Of a DNA stretch of 64,000 nt, positions 18,941 through 29,200 are shown one piece after another. Position 1 is the first letter of the stretch. Each line of letters opens with the position of its first letter. The position numbers were made by a program, and so were the translations under genes. The stretch comes from Candidatus Woesearchaeota archaeon. Its GTDB lineage: Archaea > Nanobdellota > Nanobdellia > Woesearchaeales > GW2011-AR9. The stretch is taken from positions 316,359-380,358 of the forward strand of contig JABHDY010000003.1 in assembly GCA_018676855.1 (NCBI GenBank), read 5' to 3'. Under the pieces are notes generated by a model. It saw only the letters and a list, made by a program, of their open reading frames with translations. It did no database searches and was not told the DNA's origin.

Positions 18941-19990
18941 ATGAACATCATTACATCAAATTTCAAGAAAGGACAAGTACATCTTAGAGTTACAGATAGT
19001 GACGACCTTTGGTACCTGAGCCATATAATTGAACCTGGTGACTTGGTTAAGGGAAAAACTACCAGAAAAATGAAAATTGGTGATTCAGACAATGCAAAAG
19101 TCACTAAGAAAACTATCACGCTTAAGATTGAAGCAGAGACTATTGATACTGGGGCAGGAGCAACAACTCTTCGTATTAACGGCAAAATTAAGGAAGGGCC
19201 CGAAGACATTCCAAAAGATAGTTACCATTCAATTTCTCTTGAAGATGGAAGTGATGTTTGGATTGAAAAACCGCAATGGTTATCATACCAAAAACAAAAG
19301 TTGAAAGAAGCGTCTGAAAAGAAATTTACATATTTAATGTGTATATTTGACAGAGAAGAGGCAATATTTGCGTTAACACAAAAGCAAGGGTATGAAATAC
19401 TTGTTAAGATCACTGGTGACGTACCAAAGAAAAGTAAAACAAATACCATTACAAAAGATTTTCATCAAGAAATAATTAAAGCGCTTGAAACATATGCTGG
19501 ACGGTACCAACCAGAATCCATCATTGTTGCCTCAACAGCATTTTATAAAGATGATTTGTATAAAAAGATAACAAATAAAGACCTAAAGAAAAAAATTGTA
19601 TTAGCAATATGTTCTTCCGTAAGCGAGAGAGCACTTGACGAAGTATTTAGACGGCCAGAACTCGCGAAAACACTTGAACATAGCAGAGCACGTGAAGAAC
19701 AACTTATTGTTGAAGAATTATTAGCAGAAATTGATAAAGAAAATCTTGCAGTGTACGGATGGGACGATGTTTTTAAGGCAGGAAATGCAGGTGCTATTAA
19801 ATCATTAATTGTTACGGACAATTTCATTCAACAAAAAAAAGAAGATAAAAAATATACTGAATTGGACACACAAATGAAACATGTAGACACACTTAAAGGA
19901 ACTATCCACATCATTTCATCCAATTTAGAAAGTGGAAAAAAGGTTGACGGGATTGGTGGAATTGCTGCAATTCTACGATATAAAATATAA
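18941..19990 (+). CDS. pelA: Pelota (Dom34 homolog), mRNA surveillance/ribosome rescue factor
   Basis: N-terminal DLWYLSHIIEPGDLV and eRF1-like domains 2/3. Confidence 0.8.
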   Translation: MNIITSNFKKGQVHLRVTDSDDLWYLSHIIEPGDLVKGKTTRKMKIGDSDNAKVTKKTITLKIEAETIDTGAGATTLRINGKIKEGPEDIPKDSYHSISLEDGSDVWIEKPQWLSYQKQKLKEASEKKFTYLMCIFDREEAIFALTQKQGYEILVKITGDVPKKSKTNTITKDFHQEIIKALETYAGRYQPESIIVASTAFYKDDLYKKITNKDLKKKIVLAICSSVSERALDEVFRRPELAKTLEHSRAREEQLIVEELLAEIDKENLAVYGWDDVFKAGNAGAIKSLIVTDNFIQQKKEDKKYTELDTQMKHVDTLKGTIHIISSNLESGKKVDGIGGIAAILRYKI

Positions 19991-20132
19991 TAAAGTAGTT
20001 CCATTATACACGATAAAAACTTCTCAGAAAGGTATATATTGTAAAACCACAACCTTTTAATAGTAGTGTGATTTACTGATAACGTAGTAACAAAAACATA
20101 TACGTTTACAAAAAAGGGGGGGTTTTGAAAAA

Positions 20133-20927
20133 ATGATTGTAAAAGAAGAATTATTAAGCAAGCTTCGGCGATATTTCGATCTGAACTTGTACGAAGTAAA
20201 ATTATGGACAGCCCTTCTTAGCCGAGGTGTTTCAACAGCAGGTGAACTTTCAGATATCGCTGACGTTCCACGGTCAAGAAGTTATGATGTTCTTGAATCC
20301 TTAGAAAAGAAAGGATTCGTTATAATGAAATTGGGTAAACCAATTAAGTATATCGCAATTCCACCATTGGAAGTTGTTGATAGAGTAAAGAAAAATATGC
20401 ATTCTAATGCACAGGATAAAATCAAACGATTAGATGGTATTAGAGAATCGCCATTAATGGGCGAGTTAGATTCATTACATACAAACGGAATTAGTTTGGT
20501 TGAACCGTCAGAAATGAGTGGATGTTTACGTGGACGAAGTAATTTGTATAATCATCTTGATCTTTTAATCAAGAATGCAAAGAAAAGTGTTAATATCGTA
20601 ACGTCAGATCAGGGTTTCATGCGTAAAGCGGAAGGATTACGGCCAAGTCTTGAACGTGCAAAAAAGCGTGGTGTTAAAATTCGTATTTCTGCTCCCCTTA
20701 CAAAAGAAAACAAAAAGGTTGCTGACAGTCTTAAAGCTATTGCAGAAATTAAACATAATGACAAAATCAAGTCACGGTTTGTAACAGTTGATAGTAATGA
20801 CATGGTCTTTATGACAATGGACGATAAAGAAGTTCATCCTTCATATGATTTAGGTGTTTGGGTTAAAACACCATACTTTACATCAGCAATGGACCAAATG
20901 TTTAACACCGCTTGGGGCCAGAAGTGA
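20133..20927 (+). CDS. TrmB-family transcriptional regulator
   Basis: N-terminal wHTH LYEVKLWTALLSRGVSTAGELSDIADVPRSRSYDVLESLEKKGFV and C-terminal TrmB-like domain. Confidence 0.7.
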   Translation: MIVKEELLSKLRRYFDLNLYEVKLWTALLSRGVSTAGELSDIADVPRSRSYDVLESLEKKGFVIMKLGKPIKYIAIPPLEVVDRVKKNMHSNAQDKIKRLDGIRESPLMGELDSLHTNGISLVEPSEMSGCLRGRSNLYNHLDLLIKNAKKSVNIVTSDQGFMRKAEGLRPSLERAKKRGVKIRISAPLTKENKKVADSLKAIAEIKHNDKIKSRFVTVDSNDMVFMTMDDKEVHPSYDLGVWVKTPYFTSAMDQMFNTAWGQK

Positions 20928-21031
20928 ATTTATAGTTATTTTTTTTAACTTTTTTTTATTTGTTTCTTTTTCTCAAATAAACTGTTTAGTGTTTAATAAT
21001 GTTTAAAAAGTAGTAAAAATCAGTATATTGT

Positions 21032-21625
21032 ATGCAAAAAGTACCATTAGAGAAGCTAGTTCATAATGAACTTTGTACATTAGCTGAACAAGTAAAAGAT
21101 ATGGAAATAGACCAAATTAGTTTCTGGAACCCTACAACATCACGCCAAATAAGTGTTAATCGAAATAATGATGGTAGGGACATTACAGTTAAGGTTGAAG
21201 ATGGATTTTCTCATTTATATACGGTGCGAGTAATGACTGGTGCACATCTTGAACAAGCATATGAAGAATTTATTACAAAAATATTTGGAAAAACAAAAGT
21301 AGAAAATAATGGATATAGAATTAAAGCGCCAAAAATTGTTCGTGTAGGAAAAAATGTAGTGTACACGAAAGAGGGACTTACAGTCTATGCGGGAAATAGT
21401 CAACGAATAAACCGATTTTGTAAGAATAAAAAAGAAGTGTACATTGCTCTTGGAAGTAAAGGTACAGAAAGATTATCTGATAAAGAAATGACATACCTCA
21501 AACTGCAACCATGGTTAAAAACGGAAGGGACTCATGAGAATAGAAGAACAATTGTGGAACATTTAACACTACTTCCAGAGTTAGTATATGATAAAATTAA
21601 ACCTAAACAAGCAACACCTTCTTAG
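21032..21625 (+). CDS. Hypothetical protein
   Basis: 197-aa ORF, no recognisable motifs. Confidence 0.35.
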   Translation: MQKVPLEKLVHNELCTLAEQVKDMEIDQISFWNPTTSRQISVNRNNDGRDITVKVEDGFSHLYTVRVMTGAHLEQAYEEFITKIFGKTKVENNGYRIKAPKIVRVGKNVVYTKEGLTVYAGNSQRINRFCKNKKEVYIALGSKGTERLSDKEMTYLKLQPWLKTEGTHENRRTIVEHLTLLPELVYDKIKPKQATPS

Positions 21626-21692
21626 ATTTAATTGTAATGTATTCATAAATACCCTATAATTTTATAAATATCTCATAATTCTTGTATATCTT

Positions 21693-23213
21693 ATGGATTT
21701 ACAAAAACTCTCGTTAAAACTACATCCACTTGAACGTAAAGTACTTCCTGTTCTTAAGAAAGAAACTGAATTTAATGCCATAACAAAAAAGTCTGGATTG
21801 CAAGAAATTGAAGTCATGCGTGCATTACAATGGCTAGAAAATAAAGAAATTATTGGTATCCATACAGAAAAGAAAAAAATTGTTCTTCTTGACAAGAACG
21901 GTATGAAGTATAGGAAGGAAGGTCTTCCAGAAAAAGCGTTCCTAACAGCATTATCTGATGAGTTTAAAGGATTAAATGTTATTACAAAGAAATCAAAGTT
22001 AAGTAGGGAAGAAGTTAATGCGTGTATAGGATTATTAAAAAGGAAAGTTGCTATTGATGTGAAGAAAGAAGATATTCTTAACGTTAAGATAACTGAGCAA
22101 GGAAAAAAGTTACGTACAGAACCAAGTTTTGAAGAACAGTTCCTTGCGAAAGAGTTTCCAATAGACCTCCTTTCCATTCAGGATCTTGACAAACTTGCAT
22201 TTGACGAATTAAAAAAACGGAAAGATTTTTTAAAAATTGAGGAACAAAAAACTGTTACTGTAACTCTTACAGAAATTGGTCAGAAATTACTTACAACAAA
22301 TTTAACGAGAGATGTTATCAATAGATTAACACCAGCAATGCTAAAAACTGGTTCGTGGCGAAACAAAGAATTTCGAGCGTACGATATTGAAATTAATGTT
22401 CCTACAACGCATCAGGGGAAAAAACATTTCGTGACAGAAGCTGTTGAATACATTACACAAATTTGGTTAGATATGGGTTTTAAGGAAATGTCAGGCCAGT
22501 ATGTTCAGTCAGCATTTTGGGATTTAGATGCTTTATTTGTTCCACAAGATCATCCTGCACGAGAAATGCAAGATACATTTTATGTTGAAGGAGAAGCATC
22601 TCTTCCACCAGTATGGAAAAAAGTTAAGGCAGTTCATGAAAACGGTGGTGATACTGGAAGTACTGGATGGAAATACACCTTTTCAGAAGACGAAACTAAA
22701 AAAATATTATTAAGAACGCACACTACTGTTTTGTCAGCACAAACAATTGCAAACCTTACAAAAGACGATTTACCAGCAAAATTCTTTTCAGTAGGAAAAG
22801 TTTTTCGAAATGAAGCATTAGATTGGAAACATTTATTTGAATTTTATCAGGTGGAAGGCATTGTCATTGATCCAAACGCTAACCTGAAACATCTGAAAGG
22901 GTACTTGACACAATTTTATAAAAAAATGGGTTTTGATAAAGTACGTATGCGACCCGCACATTTTCCGTATACTGAACCAAGTTTAGAAGTTGACGTGTTT
23001 CATCCGGTAAAAAAAGAATGGGTAGAATTAGGTGGAGCAGGAATATTTCGACCGGAAGTTGTCAAACCTTTGTTAGGGTTTGATTGTCCCGTTTTAGCAT
23101 GGGGACAGGGTATGGGCCGTATAATTTCAGAATATTGGAACATAACGGACATCCGAGATTTGTATAGGAACGATCTTAAACAAATACGTGAAATGAAGAG
23201 TTGGTTGAAATGA
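21693..23213 (+). CDS. pheS: Phenylalanine--tRNA ligase alpha subunit (archaeal type)
   Basis: Class II aaRS motifs (FRNEALDWKH.FEFYQVEG, GAGIFRPEV) with archaeal N-terminal extension. Confidence 0.9.
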   Translation: MDLQKLSLKLHPLERKVLPVLKKETEFNAITKKSGLQEIEVMRALQWLENKEIIGIHTEKKKIVLLDKNGMKYRKEGLPEKAFLTALSDEFKGLNVITKKSKLSREEVNACIGLLKRKVAIDVKKEDILNVKITEQGKKLRTEPSFEEQFLAKEFPIDLLSIQDLDKLAFDELKKRKDFLKIEEQKTVTVTLTEIGQKLLTTNLTRDVINRLTPAMLKTGSWRNKEFRAYDIEINVPTTHQGKKHFVTEAVEYITQIWLDMGFKEMSGQYVQSAFWDLDALFVPQDHPAREMQDTFYVEGEASLPPVWKKVKAVHENGGDTGSTGWKYTFSEDETKKILLRTHTTVLSAQTIANLTKDDLPAKFFSVGKVFRNEALDWKHLFEFYQVEGIVIDPNANLKHLKGYLTQFYKKMGFDKVRMRPAHFPYTEPSLEVDVFHPVKKEWVELGGAGIFRPEVVKPLLGFDCPVLAWGQGMGRIISEYWNITDIRDLYRNDLKQIREMKSWLK

Positions 23214-23629
23214 AAATAACAATATGTGGAAGTTTACACTTTATCAAAGAAATGCGACATGTAGAATCTCAACTTAAAGAATTAGAACATGATGTGTTAA
23301 TGCCTGAATCTGCAAAGGAAGGGATGGAAAAAATTAATTGGAACAATCTTAAAAAAGATAATGTTAATGAGTTTTCAAGATTAAGGGGAGAAAAAATATT
23401 ATTACATTTAAATAAAATTGATTCATCTGACGCAGTATTGATACTTAATTATGATAAACATGGAAAGACAAATTATATTGGGCCAAACACGTTTCTAGAG
23501 ATGGGATATGCGTTTGGTATGAAAAAGAAAATATTTACACTTAATCCTCTTCCTGAAGATTCACATAATGACGAGTTAGTATCAATGAATCCAATAAACA
23601 TTAATAACGAGTTACATAATATACAATAA
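23210..23629 (+). CDS. Nucleoside 2-deoxyribosyltransferase/Rcl (DNPH1)-like family protein
   Basis: ITICGS...DAVLIL...GTFLEMGYAFGMKKKIF pattern; ATGA overlap with pheS stop; ORF-track start 23201 is TTG. Confidence 0.5.
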   Translation: MKITICGSLHFIKEMRHVESQLKELEHDVLMPESAKEGMEKINWNNLKKDNVNEFSRLRGEKILLHLNKIDSSDAVLILNYDKHGKTNYIGPNTFLEMGYAFGMKKKIFTLNPLPEDSHNDELVSMNPININNELHNIQ

Positions 23630-23633
23630 TAAA

Positions 23634-24380
23634 ATGGCATCATCAATAGACATTGCACAGTTCCTTAACAAAGAACTCCAGATATATAATGGTATGGAAG
23701 ATAGCTCGTGTAACGGTCTTCAGGTACAAAATACTGGTAACGTTACTAAAGTTGGTTTTGCAGTTGATGCGTGCATGGAAACGTTTCAGAAAGCAGCAGA
23801 AAGTGGATGTCATATGCTAATTACGCATCATGGACTTATCTGGTACGGTATTAAATCTGTAACGAGAAAAAATTATACAAATATTAAGTTTCTTTTTGAT
23901 AATAATCTTGCGTTGTACGGTGTTCATCTTCCTTTAGATATGCATCCGCTATATGGAAACAATATCCAGCTTGCAAAAATGCTTGGATTAAAGGATGTAC
24001 GACCATTTGGCAGATACAAAAAAGAGTATGGGTATGTAGGAAAAACAAACACGACGTTAAAGAAGGTTCAATCAATATTACAAAAAAATGGTATGAAAAC
24101 TGATACTCTTGCGTTTGGTAAGGAAAGAATACGGTCAGTTGCCATTGTGTCGGGTGGAGCAGCAAGTGATACTGATGAAGCAATTAAACGAAACGTTGAT
24201 TTGTTCGTTACGGGCGAACCGTTACATTATGTGTACCACCTTGCAAAAGAAGCAAAGATAAACGTTATCTTTGGTGGTCATTACGAAACTGAAGTATGGG
24301 GAGTTAAAGCACTCATGTCGGTTATTAAAAGGAAGTTTAAGGTTAACGTCGAATTTATCGACGTCCCAACATCAATATAA
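23634..24380 (+). CDS. Nif3-family dinuclear metal protein
   Basis: LITHHGL and FGGHYETE motifs. Confidence 0.75.
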   Translation: MASSIDIAQFLNKELQIYNGMEDSSCNGLQVQNTGNVTKVGFAVDACMETFQKAAESGCHMLITHHGLIWYGIKSVTRKNYTNIKFLFDNNLALYGVHLPLDMHPLYGNNIQLAKMLGLKDVRPFGRYKKEYGYVGKTNTTLKKVQSILQKNGMKTDTLAFGKERIRSVAIVSGGAASDTDEAIKRNVDLFVTGEPLHYVYHLAKEAKINVIFGGHYETEVWGVKALMSVIKRKFKVNVEFIDVPTSI

Positions 24381-24381
24381 A

Positions 24382-26016
24382 ATGCCAACAGTAACATTAA
24401 ACAAAACAGTATTTGAAGAATTGGTAGGAAAAAAACTACCACTTGATGAGTTAAAAGATCGTATCAGTATGTTAGGAACGGACTTAGAACGTATTGAAGG
24501 AGACGAGATAGAAGTAGAAATATTTCCTAATAGGCCAGACATGTTATCTGAACAGGGTTTTGCACGAGCATTTTCAAGTTTTATTGGTGTTAAGAAAGGT
24601 TTACGAGAATATGTTGTTAAGGAAAGTGATTATAACGTTATAATTGAAAATTCTGTTAGTAATGTTCGTCCATACACTGCATGTGCAATAATTAAGGGCA
24701 TACAATTTGACGATGAAAAAATTAAAGAGATTATTCAAATTCAAGAAAAAATGCACGTTACGTTTGGAAGAAACAGAAAAAAAGCGGCAATTGGGTTATA
24801 TCCTCTTAACAAGATAACATTTCCCGTAACATATAAAGCAGAAGATCCAACAAAATTCAAATTTATACCACTTGAATCAAACAATGAAATGACTGGCCTT
24901 CAGATTTTATCACAGCACAAAACAGGCCAAGAATTTGGTCATTTGTTAGAGGGAAAAGAAAAATATCCTTATTTTATTGACGCAAATAAACAAATATTAA
25001 GTATGCCCCCAATAATTAATAGTGATACTGTTGGTAAGATAACGCGAGACACAAAAGATGTGTTTATTGAATGTTCTGGTTTTCAGTATGACGTTTTGCA
25101 CAAATGTCTCAGCATTATTGTTACGGCACTTGCCGACATGGGTGGAGAGATTTATTCTGTTACATTATCATATGGAAAGGAAACAAAAACGTCACCAGAC
25201 CTTACACCTCAAAAGATGACGTTTGATCTAAAATATATTAACAAACGGCTTGGTTTAGATTTACAAGAGAAAGATGCAATTGAATTATTATCAAAAATGG
25301 GCTTTGGCTACGATAATGGAAATGTATTAATTCCAATGTATAGAAATGATATTTTGCACCAGGTTGATTTGGCTGAAGATATTGCCATTGCGTACGGGTA
25401 TGAAAATTTTAAAGAAGAAATACCAAACGTTGCAACGATTGGTGAAGAACTACCAATTAAAAAGTTTGCACGTAAAGTACGTGAGATTCTTACAGGATTA
25501 AAAATGGTTGAAGTTAAGAATTATCATTTAATGACAGTTGACGATTTAAATACAAAAATGAATTTAGAAAACCCACTTATTCCGTTACAGAATGCGTTAG
25601 GTGAACATAACCATTTACGGAATGCCATCTTACCAAGTTTGATAAAAAACATTCGAGAGAATCAACATAACGAATTTCCTCAAAACATTTTTGAAATTGG
25701 AAGGGTCTTTACAAAAGATCCAAATACAGAAACCACTATTAGTGAAAAAGATCATCTTGCGATGGTTTTATGTCATGAAAAAACAGACTTTACAGAAAGT
25801 AAACAAGTATTAGATGCGTTATTAACATCGCTTGGCATGAAATATTCTATTCAAGAAACGCAGCACACGAGTTATATTCCTGGGAGAGTGGGAAACATAA
25901 TTGTTAATGAGAAATCAATTGGTATTATTGGAGAATTATCTCCAGACGTCATAACACGATGGGGTATTCAAGTTCCTATTGTTGTGTTTGAACTTGATTT
26001 GGAGAAATTGATATGA
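24382..26016 (+). CDS. pheT: Phenylalanine--tRNA ligase beta subunit (archaeal type)
   Basis: MPTVTLNK start, B3/4 and B5 domain layout; ATG 24382 preferred over upstream overlap. Confidence 0.9.
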   Translation: MPTVTLNKTVFEELVGKKLPLDELKDRISMLGTDLERIEGDEIEVEIFPNRPDMLSEQGFARAFSSFIGVKKGLREYVVKESDYNVIIENSVSNVRPYTACAIIKGIQFDDEKIKEIIQIQEKMHVTFGRNRKKAAIGLYPLNKITFPVTYKAEDPTKFKFIPLESNNEMTGLQILSQHKTGQEFGHLLEGKEKYPYFIDANKQILSMPPIINSDTVGKITRDTKDVFIECSGFQYDVLHKCLSIIVTALADMGGEIYSVTLSYGKETKTSPDLTPQKMTFDLKYINKRLGLDLQEKDAIELLSKMGFGYDNGNVLIPMYRNDILHQVDLAEDIAIAYGYENFKEEIPNVATIGEELPIKKFARKVREILTGLKMVEVKNYHLMTVDDLNTKMNLENPLIPLQNALGEHNHLRNAILPSLIKNIRENQHNEFPQNIFEIGRVFTKDPNTETTISEKDHLAMVLCHEKTDFTESKQVLDALLTSLGMKYSIQETQHTSYIPGRVGNIIVNEKSIGIIGELSPDVITRWGIQVPIVVFELDLEKLI

Positions 26017-26531
26017 TCCGACATTATAAAGACAAAATACATCTTCTTTCAGACATTATAAAAAATAGAGAAAATATAAAAAATGAACAAGAACAAACAA
26101 TTCTTATTACTGGTTGTTTTGATATTCTTCATCCTGGCCACATTGGTATGTTTCAAGAAGCAAAAGAGTTAGGTGGAAAAGTTTTTGTAGGAATAAAATC
26201 GAACGACGCAATTCATATATCTGAAAAGGGAATAACAGGAAGACCTTTCAATGATGAAAATGAGAGGGCTTTAGTAGTGTCCGGTATTGAAAGTGTTGAT
26301 TATGTATTTGTGTATGATGATTCATTGTCCCTCATTGAAGAAATGAAACCCACTATTGTTGTAAAGGGTCCAGATCATAACGAAACAGTTCAGGGAAAGA
26401 AAGAAAAAGAACGTGTTGAATCGCTGGGTGGTAAATTTCTTACTCTAGGCCCTACAAAAACGTCTGGAACAACGGGAATAATTCAAAAAATAATTGCGTT
26501 TGAAGATAATAATAATAAAAAAGTAAAATAA
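26013..26531 (+). CDS. Cytidylyltransferase-like nucleotidyltransferase (possible FAD synthetase RibL-type)
   Basis: TGCFDILHPGH HxGH motif; start overlaps pheT stop (ATGA). Confidence 0.6.
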   Translation: MIRHYKDKIHLLSDIIKNRENIKNEQEQTILITGCFDILHPGHIGMFQEAKELGGKVFVGIKSNDAIHISEKGITGRPFNDENERALVVSGIESVDYVFVYDDSLSLIEEMKPTIVVKGPDHNETVQGKKEKERVESLGGKFLTLGPTKTSGTTGIIQKIIAFEDNNNKKVK

Positions 26532-26551
26532 TAAGTTAAAAAAAATAAAAT

Positions 26552-27007
26552 TTATTCTTTTGGTTTAACAGGATTTTCGTCTGCTTTTTCAACTACTTCA
26601 GGTGCAGTTTCTTTAGAAACGTCAACTGGTTTCTCCTCAACAGGTTTCTTTACTTCTTTAACAACTTTCGTAGAATCCTTCTTTGTAGGTTTTTTAGTTG
26701 ATTTTTCTTCAGCAGCACGCGCTTTCTTTACTCGGCGTGGCCTAGCAGCAGGTTTTTTAGACTTCTTATCCCATACAGCTTCTCCCATCTTTTCAAAAGC
26801 AGTTGCAACATCGCTGTGAGATGCTTTGTTTTTAATATCAATAGTTTCCGCTAAAGGTTCAAGATGTCGCGTGTTAACTTTCTTACGTCGAACATTACCA
26901 TCAACAACAACAAACCGATCATCAACAGCTTCAACAACAACACATTTACGTCCTGCGTCACGTCCTGCAAGCTTTACACATATCCGTCCAATACTGAATA
27001 ACGTCAT
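26552..27007 (-). CDS. rpl14e: 50S ribosomal protein L14e with K-rich C-terminal extension
   Basis: IGRICVKLAGRDAGRKCVVVEAVDDRFVVVDG core. Confidence 0.75.
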   Translation of the reverse strand: MTLFSIGRICVKLAGRDAGRKCVVVEAVDDRFVVVDGNVRRKKVNTRHLEPLAETIDIKNKASHSDVATAFEKMGEAVWDKKSKKPAARPRRVKKARAAEEKSTKKPTKKDSTKVVKEVKKPVEEKPVDVSKETAPEVVEKADENPVKPKE

Positions 27008-27276
27008 TTTTGTGACCTCGCTTCCTGTTGTACACGTTTTCGTGTACATGGTGAACATAATATTCCACCATATGGTCTTTCAGGCCTTTTAAGAGTTTTA
27101 GGCATGTTTGCCATTTTTGCTGGCAATTCTCTAGGTACGCCTAAAAGTGGTTTTTTACATGTACTACAAACTGCAGCAGATGGCTTACGCTGTCGATATT
27201 GAACAGTCGTTTTTCCTCCAGGAGTCTTTACAAAGATTTTTCGTAATCGTCCTGACTTATACATTCCTCGTGGCAT
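27004..27276 (-). CDS. rpl34e: 50S ribosomal protein L34e
   Basis: MPRGMYKSGRLRKIFVKTPGGKTTVQYRQRKP...C..C zinc-ribbon motif; start at internal ATG 27276. Confidence 0.8.
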   Translation of the reverse strand: MPRGMYKSGRLRKIFVKTPGGKTTVQYRQRKPSAAVCSTCKKPLLGVPRELPAKMANMPKTLKRPERPYGGILCSPCTRKRVQQEARSQK

Positions 27277-27399
27277 TTTGATATTAACCTCTATATTATT
27301 TTTAAGCGATACAAGAAACACGATACGTGATCCGAGTCGCCTCATAGATCTATCCTAATAGGACATAATAATACTATAATTAAGCTCATTTATAAAGAT

Positions 27400-28158
27400 T
27401 TAGTACAGTTTTAACAATTTTCTTAAACCCATACTAAAGACTATAGAGAAGATAATGTAAAGGCCTAACCAACCAGGTTGCCAACCAAAAATTGATACTG
27501 TTCCTAACGGTTTTAACTTATTTTGATTTATTTGAATTTTTTCAATATCAGAATGGTCAAAAACTTCAAGTGGTTCAGCATACTTGACCTCTGTTGTAAT
27601 AAGAACTTTCTTTGATTGTTCAATATTTTTTGTCTTAACAGTGAGAAGGTGTTCACCCTCATCACTTTTAACGTTCCACGTGACACCACTATTAATTTGC
27701 TGAATAGACTCTGAAATTATTTCTGTTCCGTCGCTTACGATAAGTTCCGCATCTCCCGTGACACCCTCAGCAAAGAGTGCTGTAACGCTATACGTTTCTC
27801 CAGGATAAATTGGTTCATACGTTAAATGGCCAGCCATCCAGCCAAAGATAATAAGGATTGGAATCATAGTAATGAGAGTTGGTTTGAATGATTGTTTCAT
27901 GTACTGCATGTTAAGTTTCATTGCTTCCTTTTGAACTTTCATCATTTCTTCTGGTTTACTTCTCAACTCTTTCATTTCTTTCTGATAATCTTTTTGTTTC
28001 GTTTTCAGTTCTTTCATAAGTTCCTGGTTCGTAACCCATTTGTACACAAACGTTATAATGACAGAAAGTGCAAGTGCTAACACAAGAATAGCAATAAACG
28101 GACTTGAGTTTAAGAGTGGTTGAAGTACAGGACTTAATGCTGAATCTAAAAATACCAT
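27400..28158 (-). CDS. DUF106-like membrane protein (archaeal YidC/Oxa1/EMC3-like) with inserted beta-rich domain
   Basis: TM1, coiled-coil, TM2 architecture at conserved position between SecY and L34e; about 100-aa hydrophilic insertion before the last TM. Confidence 0.45.
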   Translation of the reverse strand: MVFLDSALSPVLQPLLNSSPFIAILVLALALSVIITFVYKWVTNQELMKELKTKQKDYQKEMKELRSKPEEMMKVQKEAMKLNMQYMKQSFKPTLITMIPILIIFGWMAGHLTYEPIYPGETYSVTALFAEGVTGDAELIVSDGTEIISESIQQINSGVTWNVKSDEGEHLLTVKTKNIEQSKKVLITTEVKYAEPLEVFDHSDIEKIQINQNKLKPLGTVSIFGWQPGWLGLYIIFSIVFSMGLRKLLKLY

Positions 28159-28211
28159 TATATGTCTCTTAATTTGTTTCTATTTTATAAACGTTATGGA
28201 TTAATTCAATC

Positions 28212-29120
28212 CTATACAAATAGACTTTGATTAGATTCTATAACGGTGTCTACATGCCCATGAAATTTATATGGAAGTCCCGATTTTAGTTGATATCCAT
28301 AATCATCATCAAGTGGAACTTTATGTAATCGTAAGTACACAATTCGCCGTATTAACGGATGATATAATGATTGATTATGTTGTATTCCAGGAACTGTAAG
28401 ATTAGTAGTATTTTCTTGTTCAGGTAGTAATGAATTCTCAAACGGTCGAACAATTCCATCATCAGGTAAACAAATGTTAAAATATTCTGGAGTGTTATAT
28501 CCCTGTGGTAAAGTATCAAGACCCAATTTGGCAACTTCCTCGGGCCGTAAGTCATACAATGATTTACAGACAGGTTTAAACCATCGTGCACCCTGCGCAC
28601 CTTTAACGGGAGTAGCAATGGAAATAATTAAGTCAAATAATGTTGGCCATACTTTTGACGCACCTAATAATGTTAAGCCACCCAAACTGTGACCAATCCC
28701 GATAAGGTTATCTTGATCTTTCTCTTCCGACATTTCGTCAACTTTTTCTGCAAGGCGTGAAACTCGTTTTTTCCATGGTGCAAGAAAGTTGTACTGGCGT
28801 AAATTAATACCAAATCCTGGAAAAACATCTTTCACCCAAGATTTTCCAACAGATGCAGGAATACCAAAACCGCATCGGAAAAAGATTGTAGGATCTCCTT
28901 CTCTATTATAATTCATAGCATCACCATTAAGAAAATTAAAAGATATTGGAGAAAGATCTTTCAGATTTAACCGTACAAACTCTGCAGAATCTTTAGGACT
29001 TAATAACCATGGTGCAACGACACGGGCAGATTTTGGCCCTTCTTTTGCGAGATGCGTAATATCATCCAAGAATTGTAGCGCTTCTCCAGATGCATGTCTC
29101 ACAAGATCCAGTAGGCCCAT
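28212..29120 (-). CDS. Alpha/beta-hydrolase (lipase/esterase-like, GHSLGG nucleophile elbow)
   Basis: GxSxG motif IGIGHSLGGL; occupies the slot usually held by adenylate kinase after secY. Confidence 0.55.
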   Translation of the reverse strand: MGLLDLVRHASGEALQFLDDITHLAKEGPKSARVVAPWLLSPKDSAEFVRLNLKDLSPISFNFLNGDAMNYNREGDPTIFFRCGFGIPASVGKSWVKDVFPGFGINLRQYNFLAPWKKRVSRLAEKVDEMSEEKDQDNLIGIGHSLGGLTLLGASKVWPTLFDLIISIATPVKGAQGARWFKPVCKSLYDLRPEEVAKLGLDTLPQGYNTPEYFNICLPDDGIVRPFENSLLPEQENTTNLTVPGIQHNQSLYHPLIRRIVYLRLHKVPLDDDYGYQLKSGLPYKFHGHVDTVIESNQSLFV

Positions 29121-29200
29121 AATAAGATAAGATTAAGCGAAGTTTATAAATGTTCTCAGAATTAACTATCTTAGAGTAGTTTCAATAATAAACATTAAAC

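Noticed and set aside
24271-24381. ORF-track extension of pheT overlapping the Nif3 gene
   Set aside because: The upstream extension has no PheT homology. ATG 24382 (MPTVTLNK) right after the Nif3 stop is the plausible start.
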